A stretch of 28,158 bases of DNA, taken from assembly GCA_020348445.1 (NCBI GenBank), contig CP070751.1, positions 3,623,160 to 3,651,317 on the forward strand. Reading direction: 5' to 3'. Position 1 is the first letter of the stretch; every line of letters starts with the position of its first letter. This document shows positions 15,066 to 22,142 of this stretch, one piece after another. This stretch comes from Thermoplasmata archaeon (GTDB taxonomy: Archaea; Thermoplasmatota; Thermoplasmata; GCA-020350865). The notes under the pieces are model-generated. The model was not told the DNA's origin, did not search any database, and saw only the letters and a program-made list of their open reading frames with translations. The position numbers and the translations under genes were made by a program.

Positions 15066-16499
15066 ATGCCAAAACCCCCAGAAAAACCAAATCCCCCCGA
15101 AAGAACAAACAAACCGCCCACCGAATTCATAGACCAAAAAGTCAAAGGATGGCTTGTTAAGGCCAACAAACATTTTAATTCAAAAAATTTTCAGGAAGTC
15201 CTCCTTTTTTGCGATAAAGTCCTCTCCGAAGATATTAAAAATACCCCGGCTTTGAACCTCAAAGGCGAGGCACTTGATCATCTGGGAAGGTTCGAGGAGG
15301 CCATCGAATGCTACAATAAGGCCCTAGAAATAAATCAGGAGATGGCGAACCTCAGTATAAGGGAAAATACAGATTCCGATGGCATAACAATGGATCAGAT
15401 GGACATTCCATCTGATAAAATAGACCAAGATGGCAGCGGTAGCTACAAAAAAGGAACAGCTTTATTAAGGGAGCAGAAATTCAAAGAAGGATTCGATTAT
15501 ATCGAGGAGGCAGCCCAAAAGGACCCCAAACATGAAATGGATTTTAAAATTGGAGCCTTGAAGGTCTTAAGGGAAAGCAAGAAGCGACGCACCGCTTTGA
15601 TGGATGAGCATACCCCTCAAGAGCAGAAACCGGATCTCGAATATTACAACAAATTACTGGCTGATAATCCCGATATGGAGAGGGCATGGAACAACAAAGG
15701 AGCCGTCCTGCTGAAAAACGAGGATCCCCAGGCCGCGTTGGAATGCTTCAATCGCGCCATTCAGATAAAACCAAATTACGCAAATGCATGGATTGGTAAG
15801 GGTGTGGCCCTTAAAAACAACGGCCAGAAAAATGCGGCCATTGCCTCCTTGGATCGGGCATTGAAGCTGCAACCCGATAATGTCTATGCGATCTTTGCAG
15901 TGGGATGCACTTTTTTGGACATGAACAAAATTGGGGAGGCCCTGTCATGTTTCAACCGTGTTCTCAGTATGAATCCAGATTATTCTGATGCATGGTTTGA
16001 AAAGGGAAATGCCATGTACCTACAAGGAGACCTGGAGGGTGCTTTGGAATGCTTCGAAAAGGCTATAAAGCTCGATCCTGACGATTCAGATGCATGGTTC
16101 CAGAGAGGCACCATCCTCTTTAAGATGAAGAAGGCCGGATCTGCAATTAAATCTTACGAAAAAGCCCTGAAGCTGAATCCCGACGATTCTGGTGCTCATT
16201 TTTCCTTGGGAAATACCTATTACAGCCTGGGAAACTTCGAAAAGGCAATAGAATGCTATGATAGGGCCATGGAGCTTCGTAAAAATGACGGAAACATACT
16301 GAACAACAAGGCCGTTGCCCAAAGAAAGCTCGGCAGATACAGAGAAGCTCTAGAATGTGTGAAAAGGGCCCTTGAATTGGAGCCAAATAATGATAGGTTT
16401 TGGTTCAATATGGGCAGGATATACGAAGCCATGAAAAATCCAAATGTGGCTGAGAAATGCTATGACCGCGCAGCAGAACTTGGCTCTAAGGCTTCATGA
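15066..16499 (+). CDS. Tetratricopeptide-repeat protein
   Basis: About 10 or more 34-aa repeats of the type AW.NKG..L...G....AL.CF.RA....P; two N-terminal TPRs, a linker, then a contiguous C-terminal array. Confidence 0.93.
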   Translation: MPKPPEKPNPPERTNKPPTEFIDQKVKGWLVKANKHFNSKNFQEVLLFCDKVLSEDIKNTPALNLKGEALDHLGRFEEAIECYNKALEINQEMANLSIRENTDSDGITMDQMDIPSDKIDQDGSGSYKKGTALLREQKFKEGFDYIEEAAQKDPKHEMDFKIGALKVLRESKKRRTALMDEHTPQEQKPDLEYYNKLLADNPDMERAWNNKGAVLLKNEDPQAALECFNRAIQIKPNYANAWIGKGVALKNNGQKNAAIASLDRALKLQPDNVYAIFAVGCTFLDMNKIGEALSCFNRVLSMNPDYSDAWFEKGNAMYLQGDLEGALECFEKAIKLDPDDSDAWFQRGTILFKMKKAGSAIKSYEKALKLNPDDSGAHFSLGNTYYSLGNFEKAIECYDRAMELRKNDGNILNNKAVAQRKLGRYREALECVKRALELEPNNDRFWFNMGRIYEAMKNPNVAEKCYDRAAELGSKAS

Positions 16500-16527
16500 T
16501 AACAACCGCTTATTCGTTAAAATACAG

Positions 16528-16536
16528 TTTTTTTTT
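16528..16536 (+). terminator. Oligo-T archaeal terminator after the TPR gene
   Basis: T9 run 28 nt after the stop codon. Confidence 0.5.
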
Positions 16537-16625
16537 CAGATAGGGATAAAATATTACACTAATCTTAATATAACCATAATATATTCTGTGTATAAGGAAT
16601 CAGAGACTGAACTCTGCTTTGGGGG

Positions 16626-17945
16626 ATGAGTATCATGCCTAGGAAAAAGGTCATTATCATGGGCGCAGCTGGACGGGATTTTCACAATTTCAACGTTCAC
16701 TTTCGGGACAATAAGGAATATGAAGTGGTTGCATTCACCGCAACCCAGATACCGGGAATAGACGATAAGAAGTACCCCCGCGAACTTGCAGGACCCCTTT
16801 ATCCCGATGGTATACCGATAGTTGCTGAAGAGGAGCTCCCGAAATTAATTGAGGAAAACGATATCTTTGAGGTTATATTTTCGTACAGTGATCTTTCTCA
16901 CGAGGATGTCATGCATAAGGCCTCGTTGGTGCTTGCACACGGTGCAGACTTCAGACTTTTGGGCACAAAAAATACCATGCTCTCAGCAAAGGTCCCTGTG
17001 ATTTCAATATGCGCGGTTAGAACTGGCTGCGGAAAGAGTCAAACTACAAGGAAGGTATGTGATATACTAAGAGCAAAAGGAAAAAAGGTTGTGGCCATCC
17101 GTCATCCCATGCCCTATGGGAACCTGGTTGCCCAGGCTGTGCAGCGCTTTGAGACCTTGGAGGACCTCGAAAAACACGACTGCACAATAGAGGAGAGAGA
17201 GGAATACGAGCCCCATATAAACTCGGGTACCATAGTTTATGCTGGTGTTGACTACGGGAGAATACTGTCCGAGGCAGAGAAGGAGGCTGACATCATCGTC
17301 TGGGATGGTGGGAACAACGATTTCTCATTTTTCAGATCCGATCTTTATATGGTTGTGATGGACCCCCACAGGCCCAACCACGAGATCTTGTACCATCCTG
17401 GAGAAACCAATTTCAGGATGGCAGATGTTCTGATAATAAACAAAATCGGCACCGCGAGCAGGGAAGACGTGAACATACTGAGAAATAACATAGAGAAAAT
17501 CAATCCCGATGCCGTTGTCATAGAAGCTGAATCCACGATAAGTGTGGACGACCCCGCCCAGATCAGGGGCAAGAAGATCTTGGTTGTTGAGGATGGTCCA
17601 TCCGTGACCCACGGGGAAATGCCCTATGGCGCGGGAGAGATTGCGGCCGAGAAGTTCCATGCAGCCGAGATCGTTGATCCCCGGCCCCACGCCGTGGGCT
17701 CAATTGCCGAAATCTTCGAGAAGTATCCGCATCTCACCAGTATTTTACCAGCCATGGGTTATTCAGACGAGCAGGTGAAGGAACTTGAAGAGACCATCAA
17801 CTCTTGCGAGTGTGATGTGGTTGTGGCAGGAACGCCCATAGATTTAGCCAGGGTTGTTTCCGTAAATAAACCAGTGGTTCGGGTTAAGTACGATCTGCTG
17901 GAGATGGGAGAACCTAATCTAGAGGCTGTGTTAAAGGATTTTTAA
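16626..17945 (+). CDS. COG2403-type P-loop enzyme, most like arginine synthetase ArcE (often auto-annotated as cyclic 2,3-diphosphoglycerate synthetase or GTPase)
   Basis: GAAGRDFHNFN, FTATQIP, AVRTGCGKSQT, RHPMPYG, CTIEEREEYEP, WDGGNNDF, HPGE.N, VEDGP..THG and LPAMGY motifs. Alternative start ATG at 16635. Confidence 0.8.
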   Translation: MSIMPRKKVIIMGAAGRDFHNFNVHFRDNKEYEVVAFTATQIPGIDDKKYPRELAGPLYPDGIPIVAEEELPKLIEENDIFEVIFSYSDLSHEDVMHKASLVLAHGADFRLLGTKNTMLSAKVPVISICAVRTGCGKSQTTRKVCDILRAKGKKVVAIRHPMPYGNLVAQAVQRFETLEDLEKHDCTIEEREEYEPHINSGTIVYAGVDYGRILSEAEKEADIIVWDGGNNDFSFFRSDLYMVVMDPHRPNHEILYHPGETNFRMADVLIINKIGTASREDVNILRNNIEKINPDAVVIEAESTISVDDPAQIRGKKILVVEDGPSVTHGEMPYGAGEIAAEKFHAAEIVDPRPHAVGSIAEIFEKYPHLTSILPAMGYSDEQVKELEETINSCECDVVVAGTPIDLARVVSVNKPVVRVKYDLLEMGEPNLEAVLKDF

Positions 17946-18059
17946 TATGAGTATAATTGGGATCCACTTCCACTTTCAGGGAGCGAAACTTATTTTAAGA
18001 AAAAGTGGTTACCCCATCATCACCTTTGCAAAATGCTTTCATGATATAACGGTGAGAAC

Positions 18060-18227
18060 ATGGAGATGGCTGAAAATTGCAGCTCATGCGGAAAGAGGCT
18101 AATAGGCCCGGGGACGACATCATTTCCATGCCCTTCATGTGGTCGCACATTGATAGGCAGATGCAGTCAATGCAGGGACCAGAGCGTCAAGTACTACTGT
18201 GATGATTGTGGTTTTTCAGGGCCCTAA
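18060..18227 (+). CDS. Small Zn-finger protein (DUF1610/HVO_2753-like), absent from the ORF track
   Basis: Hand translation gives MEMAENCSSCGKRLIGPGTTSFPCPSCGRTLIGRCSQCRDQSVKYYCDDCGFSGP*, with four CxxC motifs and a terminal CGF.GP. It has a GGTGA SD and sits directly before EF-1beta, the usual position for this family. Confidence 0.9.
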   Translation: MEMAENCSSCGKRLIGPGTTSFPCPSCGRTLIGRCSQCRDQSVKYYCDDCGFSGP

Positions 18228-18245
18228 ATAAGTTTATCGGGGGAT

Positions 18246-18521
18246 ATGAGAATGGGAGAAGTTGGTATAACTTACAGGATATTGCCTGAAAGCACGGATA
18301 TCGATCTGAGAGTGCTGGGGGATAAGGTAAAAGAGGCAGCAGAGGGTATCGGGAAAATTCAGGGCATGCAGGAAAAGCCCATCGCCTTCGGTTTAACGGC
18401 AATTCTGATCAGGGTCATAATCGAGGACAAGGAGGGCGGACCAGACGAGATCGAAAAAGCATTATCTGAGGTTGCAGGCGTTCAAAGCGTGGAAGTTCTT
18501 GACATGAGCAGGCTGCTTTGA
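18246..18521 (+). CDS. eef1b: Translation elongation factor aEF-1beta
   Basis: MGEVGITYRILPE, PIAFGL, and D.IE.ALSEV.GVQSVEV motifs. The true start may be 18252. Confidence 0.95.
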   Translation: MRMGEVGITYRILPESTDIDLRVLGDKVKEAAEGIGKIQGMQEKPIAFGLTAILIRVIIEDKEGGPDEIEKALSEVAGVQSVEVLDMSRLL

Positions 18522-18529
18522 TTTTTTTT
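18522..18529 (+). terminator. Oligo-T terminator after EF-1beta
   Basis: T8 run immediately after the TGA. Confidence 0.5.
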
Positions 18530-18622
18530 ACATGACAAGGCTCCCCTATCTGGATAAATGTTCTTTCTCGGGAATCCTTTTATGTAAACCCTATACATTA
18601 AGATAAGCCAGTAATCTAGAGT

Positions 18623-19282
18623 TTACATAATAACACAGAGCTCAACCTCATCGCCATCTTTTAATGAAAGGGTTCTTCTCAGATGCACCTTGGAGATGAT
18701 CTCTATTACATCCTTGTAATGGGATCTTTTTGGCAAGACCACGGCACAATCCACATTATCGATTTTTGCCAAAAAGGATTTTACATCCCCAAAGGTCCTG
18801 CCACCTTTTTCAAAACCTTCGATTTTTATGCCCTCTGAATTTTTTATGAGCTCAAGACTTCTTGCCTCCTTTGAAGAGAGCTTTAAATTCAAGGTGCCCT
18901 CGTAAGGCTCGATGTGCAATTTATCTTTGAATTGATTCGTGTAACCCTTCTGGGTTATGTAATACCTGCCCTCTCCAAAACCTGTGGTAACCTCGCCTTT
19001 TATTATCAGCTTTCCAGGGGCCTCGAAGATGCATCTGTAGTCTGCGAACTCCTTTTTGAGAACCTCCATGCCTTTTTGGGAGAGCTTCACCATCTGGCGT
19101 CTTGCCCCAAGCTGCCTTTCTATGTAACCTTCGGAAACCAGTCTAAGGATCCAGTTGGATGCGGACTGCTGTGAGATACCCATCTCCCTTCCAAACTCCT
19201 TCGAAGAAATAGAGACGGAGCCATTTACTGCCCCTTTTAACGCCAACTGCTTCAATACCAAAACGAGCTTTGCCTCCATCAT
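18623..19282 (-). CDS. ribK: CTP-dependent riboflavin kinase with N-terminal winged HTH (RbkR-type bifunctional regulator)
   Basis: N-terminal ISQQSAS wHTH and I.R....R.Q.V.L, followed by G.V.TGFGEG.YY, PYEGTLNL, GRTFG, P.RSHY and EIIS...LR..L.LKDGD.V. Confidence 0.93.
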   Translation of the reverse strand: MMEAKLVLVLKQLALKGAVNGSVSISSKEFGREMGISQQSASNWILRLVSEGYIERQLGARRQMVKLSQKGMEVLKKEFADYRCIFEAPGKLIIKGEVTTGFGEGRYYITQKGYTNQFKDKLHIEPYEGTLNLKLSSKEARSLELIKNSEGIKIEGFEKGGRTFGDVKSFLAKIDNVDCAVVLPKRSHYKDVIEIISKVHLRRTLSLKDGDEVELCVIM

Positions 19283-19320
19283 GAGATCATATTATTATAT
19301 TCTAGGAGGTATTTATTTAT

Positions 19321-19336
19321 TACTATTTTTTTGGTA
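19321..19336. promoter_or_regulatory. Candidate RbkR autoregulatory operator
   Basis: Imperfect palindrome TACTA-TTTTTT-TGGTA lying 39-54 nt upstream of the ribK start. Confidence 0.4.
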
Positions 19337-19348
19337 GATACTATGATT

Positions 19349-19729
19349 TTATGGGATGTCAATAGCCAAATAGGATCTCTGCCTGATGTATATCACTCTC
19401 AGGTCATTTTCCTTTAGCTTCATTCTAAGTTCCCTGTCATTTGTTACAACCACGGCCTTGAGTTTAAGTGCAAGACTCAGTATCGCCTCGTCCCCAGATT
19501 TAACTGAATCCAAGGTCCGGAATCTGCTTGCGAATTTCAAGGCCGCTTTCGAGAACTTGTTGTTGATACCATGCAATTCTGCAATTACAGCCGATGGAAT
19601 CAATATCTCATGTGCCCCCAAAAGCCCTGTTAGTTCGTCCTCAATATCTATTCTGTACTCCATCTGCATAATCAGGGCATTCGTATCCATAATCACCGGA
19701 GCTTTGGATTTTACCTTCATAAATATCAT
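19349..19729 (-). CDS. PIN-domain nuclease (archaeal Utp24/Fcf1-like)
   Basis: IMDTNAL, P.AVI.EL, GDEAIL and VVTND.EL with the acidic active-site residues retained; conserved position after aIF2g. The start may be 19720. Confidence 0.9.
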   Translation of the reverse strand: MIFMKVKSKAPVIMDTNALIMQMEYRIDIEDELTGLLGAHEILIPSAVIAELHGINNKFSKAALKFASRFRTLDSVKSGDEAILSLALKLKAVVVTNDRELRMKLKENDLRVIYIRQRSYLAIDIP

Positions 19730-19756
19730 CAGACAACAATAGAAGAAAAAATAATT

Positions 19757-20989
19757 CTATCCAAGTGTACCGTAACCAATCAATCTCCATTTGCCGGAAA
19801 TCCGCCTGGAGATTGCCACACGCTGACCTTCCTCTGCGCAAACAGGGATCTTCAATGTACAATCTATCTCGTCACCCCTTGCACTTGTGACCATGCCAAC
19901 AGTTGTGGTGGTACCAAGACTGAGCATGAGCGGCTCTCTTGTCTTGATATCCTCAACCTTGATATCCTCTGCCGAGCCCACTACGTAATCCAACAGATGG
20001 ACCTTGATGGTCAGGCCATCCCAGATTCTCGGTAGAGTTCCAGGGCTTCCCACGACCTTTCCTGTGAGTGCATCCGATTTCGTGAAGACAGGGTCAAGGA
20101 GAGTCCCTATACCCACCAATCCGCCAGGACCCACCTCTTTGTACGATTTACCACCTGAAAAAAGTGAGCCCACCTCTGTGAGCAGGTTCTCCCTTCGCTT
20201 CTTTCCACCTTCCTCTATCTCCCTTCCAGGGGTTATCTCGATCTTGTCTCCGACCTTTAAGCCGCCCTGCATAAGGGACCCGCCGATGACACCGCCCTTG
20301 AAGTCCTTTGGTCTGCTGCCCGGGGTGTTGATGTCAAAGGATCTAGCAATGAACATCCTCGCGGGCTTTGTTACGTCCAACTGCGGTGTGGGCATGGTGC
20401 TTTCTATTGCAGCAATTAAAACATCCAGATTTGCATCGTGATGCGCTGAAACAGGGATTATAGGTGCTCCCTCAGGAATGGTTTCTTTTACGAACTTGTC
20501 GATTTCCTCGTAGTTCTCTAAAAGGCGATCCTCGTTTACTATATCGATTTTATTCTGGACTACGATGATGCTCTTTACACCCGCGATTTTAAGTGCCATA
20601 AGATGCTCCTTTGTTTGAGGCTGTGGACATTTTTCATTGGCAGCGATGAGAAGAAGTGCACCATTCATGATGGCTGCGCCCGAAAGCATGGTGGCCATTA
20701 GGGTCTCGTGACCAGGGGAGTCAACAAAAGATACAGCTCGAAGAAATTCTGTCTGTTCGCCGCACACCGGGCATTTTTCTTTTGTGGAAAAGCAGGCAGG
20801 CTCTTCACATTTTGGGCATTTGTAGAATGCGGTGTCAGCGTACCCGAGCTTTATTGAGATCCCTCGCTTGATCTCCTCTGAATGGCGGTCAGTCCATTCA
20901 CCTGATAAGGCCTTCGTCAATGTGGTTTTTCCGTGATCGACATGACCAACCATTCCTATGTTCATTTCCGGCTGTTTCTTGACCTTCAT
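19757..20989 (-). CDS. eif2g: Translation initiation factor aIF2 gamma subunit
   Basis: [27 protein letters not shown], Zn-knuckle, [15 protein letters not shown] and WRLIGYG motifs. Confidence 0.98.
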   Translation of the reverse strand: MKVKKQPEMNIGMVGHVDHGKTTLTKALSGEWTDRHSEEIKRGISIKLGYADTAFYKCPKCEEPACFSTKEKCPVCGEQTEFLRAVSFVDSPGHETLMATMLSGAAIMNGALLLIAANEKCPQPQTKEHLMALKIAGVKSIIVVQNKIDIVNEDRLLENYEEIDKFVKETIPEGAPIIPVSAHHDANLDVLIAAIESTMPTPQLDVTKPARMFIARSFDINTPGSRPKDFKGGVIGGSLMQGGLKVGDKIEITPGREIEEGGKKRRENLLTEVGSLFSGGKSYKEVGPGGLVGIGTLLDPVFTKSDALTGKVVGSPGTLPRIWDGLTIKVHLLDYVVGSAEDIKVEDIKTREPLMLSLGTTTTVGMVTSARGDEIDCTLKIPVCAEEGQRVAISRRISGKWRLIGYGTLG

Positions 20990-21378
20990 TTGCTTTCCTC
21001 TTCTTTTAATAGATCCTCTATGGATTTTGAACCAAAAGAAGTGATCTTCATATTTACCTGGACGATGTCGGGGGATATGGTGTTTCCTCTTACTGTCACT
21101 CTTTTTCTTACCCCTTTGTCCTTTGGATGGAATCCCACACTCTCTGTTATCAAAACCTTCTTTCTTCTTGGTCCAGGGACTTCCTTTCTCATGGGAAAGC
21201 CGTCCTTGTCGCTTCCACCTGTGACCACCAGTTTGTAACCCGGGAGGCTCACGAATATTCCGTCCACCTCATCACCTATTCTCTTGCCCACCAGGGAGTT
21301 GGCGTGATGACCTGTTACGTCCCATTGATATGTCTTCCCTGACCTGGGATCCGATATAACTGTTTTGAACTCTACCAT
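20986..21378 (-). CDS. rps6e: 30S ribosomal protein S6e
   Basis: [31 protein letters not shown] and VQVN.KI motifs. ATG at 21378 with a GGGTG SD; the stop overlaps the eif2g start (ATGA). Confidence 0.96.
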   Translation of the reverse strand: MVEFKTVISDPRSGKTYQWDVTGHHANSLVGKRIGDEVDGIFVSLPGYKLVVTGGSDKDGFPMRKEVPGPRRKKVLITESVGFHPKDKGVRKRVTVRGNTISPDIVQVNMKITSFGSKSIEDLLKEEESK

Positions 21379-21428
21379 AACCAGCACCCATTGCTGTTTT
21401 GCTTGTGAAAAAGGCTTAAGGTCTTTAT

Positions 21429-21436
21429 TTTATAAA
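21429..21436 (-). promoter_or_regulatory. TATA box for the rps6e-eif2g-PIN operon
   Basis: TTTATAAA about 50 nt upstream of the rps6e ATG, in a divergent intergenic region. Confidence 0.5.
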
Positions 21437-21611
21437 TAGTTAATTGAGGTTTTGAAGGGAGAAAAAACTGCATTGGAACATGCTCAATCGTGCCATTTAC
21501 TTCTTAAAAATCCATCTGCACAAAATATTTATATCAGATTAAGCATGTGTATTTCGAGGAATCCATATCCTACCATCCAGATTCTACAACCGAGCATAAC
21601 GGAGGGCAGAA

Positions 21612-21782
21612 ATGGATAAGAAGATCATACTAAAAATCGACAGAAACGATGACTCCATAACACTTCAGGATGTTGTTGATAAAATCCAGGAGATACAGGA
21701 TGCCAATCCTGATCTGGATGTATTTTTTGACGGGGACGAATTTGCTGTGTGCAGCAGACCAAAGAAGGGAGGAAGTAAGTAA
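21612..21782 (+). CDS. Small 56-aa hypothetical protein, absent from the ORF track
   Basis: Hand translation gives MDKKIILKIDRNDDSITLQDVVDKIQEIQDANPDLDVFFDGDEFAVCSRPKKGGSK*. GGAGG SD at 21601-21605; the stop is 1 nt before the next start; beta-alpha-beta-beta-like pattern. Confidence 0.8.
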   Translation: MDKKIILKIDRNDDSITLQDVVDKIQEIQDANPDLDVFFDGDEFAVCSRPKKGGSK

Positions 21783-21783
21783 A

Positions 21784-22074
21784 TTGAGCGAGATAAAGTT
21801 GCTGATTTTGGATGTTCTTAAACCGCATAATCCATCCATTGTTGAGGTATCCAGGAGGCTCTCTGACCTTAGGGGTGTTTCTGGCGTGAACTGCATGCTC
21901 GAGGAAGTTGACAAGGAAACAGACAGCCTCAAGATAACGATCGAGGGAACCGACATCAGCTACAATGATGTGGAGAAGACCCTGGAAATGATGGGTGCAG
22001 TGATCCATTCTGTGGACTGTGTTTCAGCGGGCAAGAAGATCGTGAACTCGGTTGAGACTCCGCAGGACAGGTAG
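21784..22074 (+). CDS. DUF211 family protein
   Basis: LLILDVLKPHNPSI, GV.GVN, E.D.ET, TIEG and G.VIHSVD.V.AGK motifs. TTG start at 21784 with GGAGG at 21768-21772; the track's start at 21670 is an upstream extension overlapping the 56-aa gene. Confidence 0.88.
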   Translation: MSEIKLLILDVLKPHNPSIVEVSRRLSDLRGVSGVNCMLEEVDKETDSLKITIEGTDISYNDVEKTLEMMGAVIHSVDCVSAGKKIVNSVETPQDR

Positions 22075-22142
22075 GGCTTAACTCAAGACCCTTATCTATG
22101 ATGGAGAAATTTAACGTTGCAGCTGTATTCTGTCCATTGATT

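Noticed and set aside
16601-16616. CAGAG-N6-CTCTG hairpin before the arcE-like gene
   Set aside because: A 5-bp stem is expected by chance, with no further support.
16626-17945. Calling the gene cpgS (cyclic 2,3-diphosphoglycerate synthetase)
   Set aside because: It lacks the CpgS-type N-terminus as I recall it, and no 2-phosphoglycerate kinase gene is adjacent. The gene symbol is left blank pending a search.
17964-18008. CCACTT direct/inverted repeats between the arcE-like and Zn-finger genes
   Set aside because: Short 6-7 bp arms with a long loop; not distinguishable from chance.
21625-22008. Minus-strand ORFs 21625-22008 and 21630-21956, and the 21670 start for DUF211
   Set aside because: The plus strand is fully explained by a 56-aa ORF and DUF211 from 21784, each with a GGAGG SD.
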